DNA from: a virus
IMG/VR virus record: IMGVR_UViG_3300009788_000006
Span: 18,022 to 82,021 of that record
Reading direction: 5' to 3' (one strand)
DNA length: 64,000 nt
Positions within the stretch are counted from its first letter, which is position 1. Every line of letters starts with the position of its first letter. Below are positions 1-9,429 of this stretch, piece after piece. Both the position numbers and the translations under genes were made by a program. The notes beneath the pieces were generated by a model. That model saw only the letters and a program-made list of their open reading frames with translations, was not told the DNA's origin and searched no databases.

Positions 1-37
1 ATGATGTACGCGCCGGCGGTTGCTTCAGGGGTTTGCA

Positions 38-2188
38 TCAGGATTCTTCGTCGATTGCGATCCGGTAGGCCACGCGATACTCATCGCCCGCCACCTTGGC
101 GAACATATCGCGGCCAGTCTCAGACGGGCTCAACCGGCCGTGGATGACCGCCAGCTTCTGTCCAACGATATCGTTCGTTTTCGAGCCGACCACCACCACT
201 TCAGCGCGACGGGCAGCAAGAGCAAGGACGCGGGCGGCCTCTTGCAACGTCAGCCAGACCGTGAAGCTCAGCTGGCGCCGCGGGTTCCGCCCCGTTCCTG
301 GCTGGACATCTACGTGGCCCATATCTCGCCCCATCGGGCCGCGGGATCCAGAGACACCCTCGAAGAGGCGCGCCGAGCGCACGGCGATGAAGCCGTCGGC
401 GGTGGCCGGGTCCCATACCCGGATCTTGAGCTCGTTGACATCGGCGGCGGTGTCATAAGGCACCACCACCTTCTGCCCGTAGAGCTCCGGCAGAGCCTCG
501 AGCCGGGTCTGGCTGTTGGGGACTTCCTGGTCTGTCAAAAACGTCGAGTCCGTGACTGTGAGGTTGAGCGCCTCGGCGCCGTGGTCAAGGACTCCGTCTG
601 TGGCATCGGATAGGGTATAAGCGAGACGGATACGTGGGTCGAACTCGTTGGACAGCGGCGCGCCGCTGCATAGCGTTTGCGCCTCGGCCGTGGTGAGGAT
701 GCCGCCGACTACGACGACAGGCCCCATGATGTCTACCCGCGCCTCGTTGAAGTTCGGGCTCTGCGCTCCTAGTAGCAGCTTGGCGACGGCACTTGCGGCA
801 AATGCCGACAACCCTGTTGCTGTAGCCTCCAGGGTGGTACCGGAGTAGAGTTTTAGCTCGCTATTGCGCTCGTCGATTGTGATCAGGATCGGGCCGTGCC
901 AGGACCCATCAGCGAAAGTAGAGGTCGAGTTCGCTGTTTTTTGCGTAGATCCGCGTGTTGTGGAGATCTGAAGCTTCCCTGTTGAGAGTATGGTCAGTGC
1001 TATGTCGCGAGTGGCGAACACCGGACCCCAAAGCGCCAACATAGCGCTCTGGGGTGTGGGCGGGAATCGGACGCCACCAAAGACCATCGAGCAATTTTCC
1101 AGGATGTCGGCGGTAGCCGCGGTTACGGCATCTGCGTTTGACCCCTCACCGCCGAAGCTGAGCGCCGTTCGGCGTGCCATCGGCCCGAAGACGGGCTCTT
1201 CCCACCTTAGCGGGGCGAACGGGTTTCTCCGCTCTACCCAGGCGTTCGGTGCCGTACCGGCGTGATTCCCCGCTGCGTCAGTCAACGTGGTGGTGCCGGA
1301 ATCGGCAGCCAGCATTTGCCAGCTCATTTGCAGCCCGTCGAACGGGTGGGCGTCGTGCATATCGTCGATGATGGCGTCGAGCTCGGCCGCCGTCAACTCG
1401 GCGGTCACGAAGAATTGCGGGCCGACTTCCAACGCGGTGTAGGTCGGCGACGTTGCGTTATCGTTTCCGATAGTGATCGTCTCGGTCGATGTCGAGACGT
1501 GCGCCGGGATCGTAGCCGAACCCTCGGACGCGAAGTTGCCGCCAGCGACCCGCACGTACAGATTGCCCGTCGTCGAGCCGTCACAGGTGATGGCCACAGC
1601 GAAGATTTGGCCATGGTCGACGCGGGTGGTGCCGGTAATCGTGGTTGCGGCCGCTCCGTTGTAGCGGTGAAAATTCCCCGTAACCAAGCCGGTGGCGGTG
1701 GCGATGCCGATGTACCAGTCCACCGTCGTATTCGCGAATCCGTCGGTGGCGCCAGAGCCGAACCAGGCCAGGAGTGGAATCGCCGAGAGCTTAATCTGGG
1801 GACGATAGCGGAAGATGCCGAGGTAGGAAAATGCTGCCGAGGTCGTCAAGTCCGCTGAGCTGACGATATCCGTCGACGAGCCGTCGAGAAAAACCACATT
1901 AAGTTCGGCCGGCGCCCCCGCGTCGCAAGTCAGGACCGTCTCACGGGCAGCATTGGCGAAGTCAACCACCGCGCCCCGGGCGTTGCGGGCGGCTGAGCTC
2001 GTGTTCTTTCTCAGGGCTTGGGTGTTCGCCGCGGCCGCGTCGTTTGTCCGCCAGCCGGCGCCGACTAGGTTGTCAAGCTCAGTGGCCTCGAAGGTTGCGA
2101 GCTCGTCCACCGCTTCCTCGGCGGAGTTCTTATGCCAGGTGCCGCCGGTGTCGTCGGGGTGGGGGCGGTAGAGGAGCTGCCAGGTCAT
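38..2188 (-). CDS. Minor tail protein with two LamG/concanavalin-A-like domains
   Basis: Thr/Ala/Gly-rich beta protein with LamG-type motifs (ITIGNDN..., LTAAELDAI; FADGSWHG..., LTTAEAQTL). GGAGG precedes ATG 2188 (MTWQLLYRP). Confidence 0.7.
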   Translation of the reverse strand: MTWQLLYRPHPDDTGGTWHKNSAEEAVDELATFEATELDNLVGAGWRTNDAAAANTQALRKNTSSAARNARGAVVDFANAARETVLTCDAGAPAELNVVFLDGSSTDIVSSADLTTSAAFSYLGIFRYRPQIKLSAIPLLAWFGSGATDGFANTTVDWYIGIATATGLVTGNFHRYNGAAATTITGTTRVDHGQIFAVAITCDGSTTGNLYVRVAGGNFASEGSATIPAHVSTSTETITIGNDNATSPTYTALEVGPQFFVTAELTAAELDAIIDDMHDAHPFDGLQMSWQMLAADSGTTTLTDAAGNHAGTAPNAWVERRNPFAPLRWEEPVFGPMARRTALSFGGEGSNADAVTAATADILENCSMVFGGVRFPPTPQSAMLALWGPVFATRDIALTILSTGKLQISTTRGSTQKTANSTSTFADGSWHGPILITIDERNSELKLYSGTTLEATATGLSAFAASAVAKLLLGAQSPNFNEARVDIMGPVVVVGGILTTAEAQTLCSGAPLSNEFDPRIRLAYTLSDATDGVLDHGAEALNLTVTDSTFLTDQEVPNSQTRLEALPELYGQKVVVPYDTAADVNELKIRVWDPATADGFIAVRSARLFEGVSGSRGPMGRDMGHVDVQPGTGRNPRRQLSFTVWLTLQEAARVLALAARRAEVVVVGSKTNDIVGQKLAVIHGRLSPSETGRDMFAKVAGDEYRVAYRIAIDEES

Positions 2189-2313
2189 GAGCTCGCCTCC
2201 GACTGCACCAACTGAAGTGCGACTATGTGCGCCGCAACAAGCCAGAGCGAGGGCGCTATACACGCCATGATCACGATGCCGAGCAGTCGGTCGTCGAGGT
2301 CGTCATCTCTCAT
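2185..2313 (-). CDS. 42-aa single-TM protein
   Basis: MRDDDLDDRLLGIVIMACIAPSLWLVAAHIVALQLVQSEASS; ATGA overlaps at both ends. Confidence 0.55.
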   Translation of the reverse strand: MRDDDLDDRLLGIVIMACIAPSLWLVAAHIVALQLVQSEASS

Positions 2314-2525
2314 GGCTCAACCCTGTCTGCCGGGACACCGTCGATTGTCAAGACACCGCTTTGCGAGTCAAAGGCCAGGTGATGAGATGCGCCGTCGTCG
2401 GCGCGCATGAAGAACGCAACGCCGTTGCAGACAATCTCAAGGCCGCGGTCCGTCCACTTAGCATCCATGCTGTAATCGTCTCCGGAGATTGTGACATCGA
2501 CGATGTTGGGATTGAGGTGGGCCAC
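2310..2525 (-). CDS. Hypothetical protein
   Basis: GTG start after GGGGGAA; stop overlaps the next ATG. Confidence 0.55.
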   Translation of the reverse strand: MAHLNPNIVDVTISGDDYSMDAKWTDRGLEIVCNGVAFFMRADDGASHHLAFDSQSGVLTIDGVPADRVEP

Positions 2526-2538
2526 TGGAGTTCCCCCG

Positions 2539-2820
2539 TCAGGCTCCGACTTTCTCAAGGCGCCGAGCTGCTGCCCCCAGCTCAAGGACGTCTGCCTCAG
2601 ACGGCTCTTGACTCGGCGCGGCGTCATAGATCTCGCGCGCTCGCGCAAGGATCTCCGGAAGCTCATCGCAGACCTTGGGCATGTCTATTTCGAGCGTCCG
2701 GCCGCGCTGATCCGCCTTCGCGGACCCACCCATCACCATGCTCCTGGCCTCTTTTATGCAGTCAATCCACAGGTCATTGCTGACTTGTTCTATCTTCGAC
2801 ACTAGTCCCACTTCGTCCAT
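2539..2820 (-). CDS. Hypothetical protein
   Basis: ORF with AAGGAGG RBS. Confidence 0.65.
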   Translation of the reverse strand: MDEVGLVSKIEQVSNDLWIDCIKEARSMVMGGSAKADQRGRTLEIDMPKVCDELPEILARAREIYDAAPSQEPSEADVLELGAAARRLEKVGA

Positions 2821-3034
2821 CTGACTTCCTCCTTATCTCTGACAACGGCGGGCCGGCGGCACGACGCTTATTTTGAGAGCAGATCCAGCACGAACACCAG
2901 CGACGGACCCCGGCCATAATTCCGACCGTTCTGGGGTTCGCCTCGATCTCCCAGAGCTGACACAGTCTCCGGGCTCGTTGCTTCGCCCTGTGCCCCTGTT
3001 GCCTCTTGTAGGCTAAGCCTCTGCTGGAACTCAC
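2774..3034 (-). CDS. Small basic Cys-motif protein (CSCWIC)
   Basis: GTGA overlap with the upstream stop; CSCxxC motif seen in small phage proteins. Confidence 0.5.
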   Translation of the reverse strand: MSSSRGLAYKRQQGHRAKQRARRLCQLWEIEANPRTVGIMAGVRRWCSCWICSQNKRRAAGPPLSEIRRKSDGRSGTSVEDRTSQQ

Positions 3035-3255
3035 GGCGCCACCGCCTCTCCCATCATCCGGCGAGCGGCACGCTCTGCGGTCGACTTCCGTCGGTACGCG
3101 CCAAGCCACCAGCCAGGGGAGCCAGGATCGAAGACCGGGTAAAGATCGTCCCCCGACTCGTCGGACTGGTCTCCGGCTACGATGACCGGGGCAGCAAGGA
3201 CGCGGCGGCGCCATTCAGCATAGCCGGGGCTGCTGAGTTCAGTCCTCGCGCTCAT
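3031..3255 (-). CDS. Hypothetical protein
   Basis: GGAG RBS; coupled in operon. Confidence 0.6.
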   Translation of the reverse strand: MSARTELSSPGYAEWRRRVLAAPVIVAGDQSDESGDDLYPVFDPGSPGWWLGAYRRKSTAERAARRMMGEAVAP

Positions 3256-3499
3256 TGGACTCTCCGGCCTCGGACTCGGGGCAGCGGGTGGTGATCGATG
3301 ATTTTTGCTCAGTCGTCTCTGACCCCGTTAGGGTCGCTGGCCACCCCAGTTCAGTGCCGCCGATGCTAAGCATTTTCTCGGGCCAGCCGGGAACTCCGGG
3401 AGTACGCGGCGACGTGTTCATTAGCGGCTCTAGTGAGCTGTCGGGCGCTTTGATGCCATCCTTGCGGAGCCTCTCTATGAGGCGCGGTTTACCATTCAT
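3239..3499 (-). CDS. Hypothetical protein
   Basis: ORF packed in the minus-strand operon. Confidence 0.45.
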   Translation of the reverse strand: MNGKPRLIERLRKDGIKAPDSSLEPLMNTSPRTPGVPGWPEKMLSIGGTELGWPATLTGSETTEQKSSITTRCPESEAGESNERED

Positions 3500-3887
3500 A
3501 GAGCGGCCTCGCATTTCGCCGAGAAGACATGAATGCGTCGTATTCAAGAATCGCCGGCTCGCGGTTACTGGGCCGTTTCGCCCACTTCTTGCGGATTCTT
3601 CGTCGCTTGGACCGCGGGAAGCGGTTCTGGATCGTGACGGCATGGCTGACGTAGACTTTAGCGCCTAGAAATCCAGCAAGCTCTAAGCGGTGCGCAACGG
3701 CCGGGTGAGCGAAGTAGGTTCTCGGCGGGTCTGGGATCAATCGAAAGCGGACGGTACCGGAGGCCAGCCCGGCGAGATAGTCAACAGACTCGGCTGGCGA
3801 AGGCGTTGCGCACGACGCACTTTGCATCCATGGGCTGACATCTTTGCCGTCGATAGTGAGGCCAGTGATGGGGGCGATGATGCTCAC
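3489..3887 (-). CDS. Hypothetical protein with basic RFPRSKRRRIRKKWAK motif
   Basis: GTG start with GGAG; basic motif seen in small phage proteins. Confidence 0.55.
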   Translation of the reverse strand: MSIIAPITGLTIDGKDVSPWMQSASCATPSPAESVDYLAGLASGTVRFRLIPDPPRTYFAHPAVAHRLELAGFLGAKVYVSHAVTIQNRFPRSKRRRIRKKWAKRPSNREPAILEYDAFMSSRRNARPLYEW

Positions 3888-3999
3888 GGCAACATCTCCC
3901 AGAGGAATACGGCGAGTATAGCCAAGGCTAACAGGTCGTGCGGCTCCCAGATAAGGTCGCTCCACCGCTTGCCGATCTCGGGGGCTCCAGGGCGAACTC

Positions 4000-4440
4000 T
4001 CATGGCGCCTCCGATCGTTCGACAAGCACCCGTAGGCCGTCCTCACTACCGTCCTCAAGCTTCCAGGACTCGAAGTCGGCGAAGATCTCAGGGTCACTGA
4101 GGTCGACGCGATGCGTAAGCTTGAGCACCCACCCTGGCAGAGAAGGAAGGTGATGGGCTGTCAGCCCGGGGGTGGAGATGCTGACAGCGCCGGCGGCCGC
4201 CGCCCTAGCCATCAACTCCGCCGGCCCCCATCCGAACCCCGCCGCGATCGCCATCCCTTGCGCGTGGCTCCATTGCCGGGCCTTGCCGGGGTCGAGAAGC
4301 CGCGGCAGGACCCGCTTGTCGAGCCGGGTGCGGCGCTGGAACTCGTCAATCCCGTGCTCAGCCACCAGCTCGGCGGCTAGGGCCGAGAGCAGCCGGTGGA
4401 GCTCCAGGCGGTACGCGCTGACTTTCTCTCCGTGGCTCAT
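4000..4440 (-). CDS. Putative HTH DNA-binding protein
   Basis: XRE-like helical pattern (IDEFQRRTRLDKRVLPRLL...IAAGFGWGPAELM); TGnTATCAT 6 nt upstream of ATG. Confidence 0.5.
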   Translation of the reverse strand: MSHGEKVSAYRLELHRLLSALAAELVAEHGIDEFQRRTRLDKRVLPRLLDPGKARQWSHAQGMAIAAGFGWGPAELMARAAAAGAVSISTPGLTAHHLPSLPGWVLKLTHRVDLSDPEIFADFESWKLEDGSEDGLRVLVERSEAP

Positions 4441-4455
4441 GTGGGGATGATACCA

Positions 4456-5094
4456 TTATCGGCCGCGTCCTGTCTTGAGACTTTGCTCCACAGAGTCCAA
4501 GGACCGCTCAAGATCTTCAATCTTGTCGGCGAACGTCCCCCGCTGACGACGCTCCTCGCAGAGCATCAACACTGCCGCGGCCAAGCTGCGCTCACGAGCT
4601 GTGGCGGTCGGGTCAAACTGCGCTTCCCGGCCGAAGGTTTCCGCTAGCTCGGCAGTCTGGTCGAAGTCGAGCGCCCCGCAGTCACCACCGTCGATCACGT
4701 GAGTATGGTGTGTCCGGATCGGGGATCGGTCCATCGGAGCGCCCGAAGTCTCAACATCTGGAGGCGGCGCATCTTTGGTTTTCAAGCTCCTGCCAATAGG
4801 ACTCGTAAGCCTCTCGATGATCGCCAGCAGTTCGCTGGTCTCGGCTGATGCACCAACGAAGGCGGTTTTACAGGCGAGATTTTCCTCTTCGGTCAGCTGA
4901 GCTCGATCATCGTCGTCGCACGGATCTACAGACCACAGCCTTGGGTAGCCGTCGCTTTTGAATCTCCCCATCGGCTCACCGGCTTGGAAAGCAGCGTCTC
5001 GGGCATCGTAGGCCGCAACGATCACAGAACAAGGCTTTGCATCTACGCTGCGCTTGACGTGCCACTCGACGAGGTATCTCCTAGCAGCATTCAT
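4456..5094 (-). CDS. Hypothetical protein
   Basis: 212-aa ORF with ATGA overlap. Confidence 0.65.
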   Translation of the reverse strand: MNAARRYLVEWHVKRSVDAKPCSVIVAAYDARDAAFQAGEPMGRFKSDGYPRLWSVDPCDDDDRAQLTEEENLACKTAFVGASAETSELLAIIERLTSPIGRSLKTKDAPPPDVETSGAPMDRSPIRTHHTHVIDGGDCGALDFDQTAELAETFGREAQFDPTATARERSLAAAVLMLCEERRQRGTFADKIEDLERSLDSVEQSLKTGRGR

Positions 5095-5324
5095 TCCAGC
5101 GTCTCCGCAATCGCCGCCGCCGTCTCGTCGTCGATCACTCCATCATCGCGCAACCGCACCAACTCGCGGAGCATGTCGGCCTTCGCAAGCAATAGGCCCA
5201 GGTCCGGTCCTTCGTCGTGCGTCGGGAAGATCCTGACTAGAAGCCACGCCACAGCGAAGGCGCCAACGATCAGAACGACTATCGCCACCTCGCTGACGGC
5301 AACCACTTTCCACAGGTCAGCCAT
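5091..5324 (-). CDS. Membrane protein with SHOCT-like C-terminus
   Basis: N-terminal TM; LRELVRLRDDGVIDDE resembles SHOCT. Confidence 0.6.
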   Translation of the reverse strand: MADLWKVVAVSEVAIVVLIVGAFAVAWLLVRIFPTHDEGPDLGLLLAKADMLRELVRLRDDGVIDDETAAAIAETLE

Positions 5325-5342
5325 CCCGCCTCTCTCTATCCT

Positions 5343-5663
5343 TCATTTCCCCCTCCTTCGCATCGCCAGCCTTCGCTCTCGTCCGAAGCTCCGCAGCCTC
5401 ATGTGCTCCAGATAGGCGTCATCCACCGCCCCTATCGGCCACGTCAGGGCAGCCCAGAATAGCAGAGCGCGAAGCTTGATTTGGAGCTTGGCCCGCTGCC
5501 ACCATGACAGCTTCGGGACGTAGAGCTCTAGGGAGAAGGTTGCGGGCGACGTGACCCCGGCAGAATCTACAACCAGGCGAACCCACTGCGGCGGAGGAGC
5601 GTTGGTTGGTGAACCCGGCGCGGCCGGCGTAACTATCGTTCGGGTCACGGTTCGGGAGGTCAC
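5343..5663 (-). CDS. Hypothetical protein
   Basis: GTGA-coupled ORF. Confidence 0.55.
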   Translation of the reverse strand: MTSRTVTRTIVTPAAPGSPTNAPPPQWVRLVVDSAGVTSPATFSLELYVPKLSWWQRAKLQIKLRALLFWAALTWPIGAVDDAYLEHMRLRSFGRERRLAMRRRGK

Positions 5664-5860
5664 TGCCGCGCCCCCTTGCGGATCTTAGCGGGTTGCCAGA
5701 ATACGCAATCGCGGACACCTGGGATCGAGGTCCCTCTCGCCTCTACAGCCTCATCGCTGACACACCACCAGCTCACCGCCGCCTGTAGATGGCAACAGTC
5801 CGCGCAACAGCGGCGACCAGCGTCGGGGTTCTCTCCGCAAGAGAGTACGTTCTCAATCAT
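5660..5860 (-). CDS. Cys-rich small protein
   Basis: CADCCH...WWC...C..W pattern. Confidence 0.55.
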   Translation of the reverse strand: MIENVLSCGENPDAGRRCCADCCHLQAAVSWWCVSDEAVEARGTSIPGVRDCVFWQPAKIRKGARQ

Positions 5861-5903
5861 GGCGGCGCGTCCGTCAGGGGCTGCATTATGTCTCGAAGGT
5901 CGG

Positions 5904-6162
5904 TCACTGCCACTCCCCCGTGTCACCGTTCGCCTCATCTGCACCAAGGCCGTTCGCGGCAGCCGCCTTCATCATTTCCATGATGTCTCCAGAGGCAATC
6001 GCTCTCTCGGTTTGCCTGATCAACCCCTTGGTGATCGCCTTTGTCTACGTCTAGGCCAGCACCAGACCCCGGCAAAATCTTTGCCGTCTCTTCTATCTCG
6101 CGGATGAACTGACGCGATTCCTCGTTGGCTTTCAGAAGCCCTTCGACAAGATTCATTCCCAT
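5904..6162 (-). pseudogene. Small helical phage protein with apparent +1 frameshift near 6045
   Basis: MNLVEGLLKANEESRQFIREIE... continues as TKAITKGLIRQTERAIASGDIMEMMKAAAAN... in the +1 frame to TGA at 5904; span 259 nt = 3n+1. Confidence 0.55.
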
Positions 6163-7994
6163 TCTCCTGTGTCGCCAGTCTCAAACCCGCTTTCGAATAT
6201 CAAGCCCTCATCCGGCGGCGCCACATGCTCCGGCATCCGGTGCCCGTCGAGCACCCCGAACGCCGCGCGGTAGAAGATATCCCCGACGAAGCTCCCGCGG
6301 TGAGGGAGGACGTTGCGTGTGCCGAGATCGTTTGCCGGGTACATGTAGCCCCAGTAGTCGACCTGCTGGCCGCTGCACGGGTCCGTGAACGTTTCGCCCC
6401 TCGGTAGCATGGTGATCGTCGGGGCTTGCGAGACGTCGAAGAAGCGCTCGCGGTAACCTCCTGCCAGCCGGCCGGCGCCGGCGAAGGTGGTGGCGGGCGC
6501 GTAGTACACCCATCCCTCACCGTAGGACAGATAGTCTTTGGTCGCGAACGGGGTTCCGGAAACGTCGAAGCTGCCGATCTGCAATCCTCCGGCGCTGAAG
6601 TCGTAGACTTTGACGGTCCGCGTCGGACCCTGGGCGATCACCATCGCGCCCCACAGGCTGACGCCGTCCGACCACAGCGTGACCCCGCGGGCGGGCTCGG
6701 TGGTGCTCCAGATCAGCTCACTGCTGGTCGGGTCTTCGAGGTTGACGCGCCAGAGCTCGGCGGAAAAGCTGGTGCCGGCGAGCAAGTAGATGGCGCCACC
6801 GTGGACCGCGGCGCGGCTGTAGATAGTCGCCTCCAGCGAAGCGAGCTCCCAAAGGACCGCGGCGATGCGGTGACGGGTTCCGGCCGCCTCGGCGACCTTC
6901 CCCTGAGCTTCCTGCGTGGCAACGAGCCATCTCAATATCTCGACGGGTTCCTCAAGTTCTGCGGCTCGGAAAACAGCGAACGGGTCGGACGTTCCGCCAT
7001 CTTCCGAGTCTACATCCGGCGACCCACTTCTGCGTCCGTCGTCTCGAACTCGTAGGGGCTCACTGCGCATCACCTCCTGTTGTGCGGTCAACGAACTCAC
7101 TACTGCGAAGGATTCCCCGTCCCCGATCTCGCCCAGCCGCACCCCGCAAGAGCCTGTATAACTTCCGGGGTGTCGCTCCGGAAGCAGCTGGGCATTTTCA
7201 GCTAATTCTGTCAAGTTATCGTCCAGGCACGGCGCCGGCAGCGCCAATGCTGCGTCCGCGTCGTAGACGTGGCAGCCCAGCACGCCACAGGCGACGGCGT
7301 ACCGGCCGCCGAGCTCGACCAGGTCCACGGCTGTCGACCGGCTGGCGACGTCCTGGTAGAGGATGCGCAGCCGCTCATCGGCCGCTGGTGCTTCGAGGCG
7401 CCAGAGGGACGCGCCGACGGTGGAACGGCCGGAGGCGGCGATCACGGCTTCGCCAGAGGGCAGATACACGGCTTCGGCTTCGTCTAGGTAGAATGCGTTT
7501 TCGCCATACTCGGGAAAAGCAAGCCAGCATCCGTCTTGCCCCGACTCCTGGCAGATGTTATCCCACCCGGTGGCGTTCCGAAGTGGCACCGGCCGCCCCT
7601 CGATTAGATCGGTTCGCCACACCCCGATCGTGGCGTTTCTCGTGACGATGCATCTCGCGGACGACGGACAAGTAACAGCCTCGAATAGATCTTCGCGAGT
7701 CGTCGAGACCCACTGCGAACGATCTCTCGCCGCCGGCAAAGGCGGGCACTGCGCCCCGGAGCAAAAATCCATAGGTTGAAACTGAGTCCACAAATCCGCC
7801 CCGAGGTGGTGATTCGGCGCCGGCCGCGCCGGGCTGTTGTCGCCACACACTACGCTACTGCTCAGCGGTGCAGTCGCCGCAGCCCTTCGCAAGTCGCAGG
7901 GGCCTTCGTCGAATCCGAGACAGCACCCGGTCAGCACGAGCGCGGTGGCAATGGTCGCTATTCGTCCGACACCTTGCGCTCCGGCATGCGTCAC
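6153..7994 (-). CDS. Putative lipoprotein / secreted beta-rich protein with IFxxGFExGD C-terminal motif
   Basis: GTG start overlaps the upstream TGA; hydrophobic stretch followed by lipobox LTGC; ends GLIFESGFETGDTGEWE. Confidence 0.7.
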   Translation of the reverse strand: MTHAGAQGVGRIATIATALVLTGCCLGFDEGPCDLRRAAATAPLSSSVVCGDNSPARPAPNHHLGADLWTQFQPMDFCSGAQCPPLPAARDRSQWVSTTREDLFEAVTCPSSARCIVTRNATIGVWRTDLIEGRPVPLRNATGWDNICQESGQDGCWLAFPEYGENAFYLDEAEAVYLPSGEAVIAASGRSTVGASLWRLEAPAADERLRILYQDVASRSTAVDLVELGGRYAVACGVLGCHVYDADAALALPAPCLDDNLTELAENAQLLPERHPGSYTGSCGVRLGEIGDGESFAVVSSLTAQQEVMRSEPLRVRDDGRRSGSPDVDSEDGGTSDPFAVFRAAELEEPVEILRWLVATQEAQGKVAEAAGTRHRIAAVLWELASLEATIYSRAAVHGGAIYLLAGTSFSAELWRVNLEDPTSSELIWSTTEPARGVTLWSDGVSLWGAMVIAQGPTRTVKVYDFSAGGLQIGSFDVSGTPFATKDYLSYGEGWVYYAPATTFAGAGRLAGGYRERFFDVSQAPTITMLPRGETFTDPCSGQQVDYWGYMYPANDLGTRNVLPHRGSFVGDIFYRAAFGVLDGHRMPEHVAPPDEGLIFESGFETGDTGEWE

Positions 7995-8191
7995 GTGTTG
8001 GCCTCCGATCTGCGCAACCCCTGCGCCTTCCGCCGAAGATTCTGAATCGGCATCCATATGCGGGTCCGCCCGTTGGTCAGGCAGCCAGGCTCAAGCTGAG
8101 GGAATTCCTTGAAAATCCCCGCGCGCTCCTGGCGCTCTTTTTTACCCCTTGCGGTCGCCTCTTCTCTAAGTTGGCACAGTTTCTTTTTCAC
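7991..8191 (-). CDS. Hypothetical basic protein
   Basis: Coupled ORF with GAGG RBS. Confidence 0.5.
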   Translation of the reverse strand: MKKKLCQLREEATARGKKERQERAGIFKEFPQLEPGCLTNGRTRIWMPIQNLRRKAQGLRRSEANT

Positions 8192-8208
8192 GTGTTGGCC
8201 TCATTTAG

Positions 8209-8466
8209 TCAGGCACCTTGCTGCCGTGCTCTCGCTGCCACTGTTCCATTGTGACCGCAAGCCCAGAAGCCTCGCTGAGCTTGCCCATCTTGACCCCGTG
8301 GGTCCTCGCAAAAGCTACCCACGTCTTGACCAGCGCCGGCGCGAGAATGTCTCGGGCGCGGAGTATGAAGACCGGCTCTGAATCCTGTGTTTTGTTCCAG
8401 GTCGATCTTCTTCATCGCCGTAGACACTTCGAACACGTAACCGCCGCCGGGTCTGTAGTCGTTCAT
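8209..8466 (-). CDS. Hypothetical protein
   Basis: GGAG plus ATGA overlap; C-terminal half looks uncertain. Confidence 0.4.
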   Translation of the reverse strand: MNDYRPGGGYVFEVSTAMKKIDLEQNTGFRAGLHTPRPRHSRAGAGQDVGSFCEDPRGQDGQAQRGFWACGHNGTVAARARQQGA

Positions 8467-8924
8467 TCTCCAGCCCCTTCGGCCCGCGCTTCTTTTGGCC
8501 CTTTTTCGTCGACGGGCTCGATCCTGTTGGGCGAGTTGTCGATACAGATGGCGCGGGAAGTCTCGATGCATCGATCGCAGATGCAAACAGGGTCAGCCAT
8601 GACAAGAAAAGTAGCCTGGCTCCGTTGGCGGTGACAGAATGAGCAATTATAGAGAGGCTTCTTGATCATCTGGTTATGGGCGTACGCTGCCCGGCGTAGC
8701 ACGGCCTCGGCCTTGTAGTTCGGCAACCCGTCGTCGTCGAGTTCCTCGCGAGGATAGACGGCACAGAAGCAACTCCCGTCCCTGCTCCTTATCGCAGTGC
8801 GCCACCACTTGCCGTCCCAAAGCTCCCGCTCGACTCTCCACGGGCCGAGGCCGATGCCCGGGTATTTATCCGGGGCAGCCTGCGGCGGCAGGTCTTCTTT
8901 CGTAATCTCAGGCGGCTTGCTCAT
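8463..8924 (-). CDS. ClpX C4-type zinc-finger domain protein
   Basis: CSFCHRQRSQATFLVMADPVCICDRCI matches the zf-C4_ClpX pattern CSFC-x18-ICxxC. Confidence 0.75.
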   Translation of the reverse strand: MSKPPEITKEDLPPQAAPDKYPGIGLGPWRVERELWDGKWWRTAIRSRDGSCFCAVYPREELDDDGLPNYKAEAVLRRAAYAHNQMIKKPLYNCSFCHRQRSQATFLVMADPVCICDRCIETSRAICIDNSPNRIEPVDEKGPKEARAEGAGE

Positions 8925-9109
8925 GCGCTCATTCTCCTATAGTTGGCCTGCCGTGTTGCCGGGGCGACCGTTGCCCTTTTGACTTCGTCGAGCACAGAAA
9001 CCACCATCAGATGGGCATCCGCTCCCTGCTGCGTTGGCGCCACAGCCGCCGAGAGCACGTGATCATCTCGGATCTTGGCCAGACGTAGCCGCAGGCTTTC
9101 GACGGTCAT
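8921..9109 (-). CDS. Hypothetical protein
   Basis: ATGA-coupled ORF. Confidence 0.5.
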   Translation of the reverse strand: MTVESLRLRLAKIRDDHVLSAAVAPTQQGADAHLMVVSVLDEVKRATVAPATRQANYRRMSA

Positions 9110-9429
9110 GGTACCTTGCTTTCGTGCTCTCGCCGCTCGAAGCACCTCCACCCGCCGCACCACCACGGCTCATCCCGCGGCGTCCGCATACAGGCCAGCT
9201 GGCCGCGCTCCCAGCGGTGAGCCACGCAGGTGATGAGGCGCCCGTCGATTTCAGCAGACATCTCCGTGCCTGCTGCGCCCCGAGCCCATCCGCCGATTTC
9301 CTGGATGCCGATTGTCGGCTCCATGTCGCTGTCGAGGACGGCGAGCCGCAGCACCTGACTGGAGCAGCTAGCGAACAAAAGGCCGAGGAGGCCAAAAACA
9401 ACGATACTCCTCCGGGCCTCGTCCATCAC
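9106..9429 (-). CDS. Membrane-anchored or lipoprotein-like protein
   Basis: IVVFGLLGLLFASC N-terminus. Confidence 0.55.
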   Translation of the reverse strand: MMDEARRSIVVFGLLGLLFASCSSQVLRLAVLDSDMEPTIGIQEIGGWARGAAGTEMSAEIDGRLITCVAHRWERGQLACMRTPRDEPWWCGGWRCFERREHESKVP

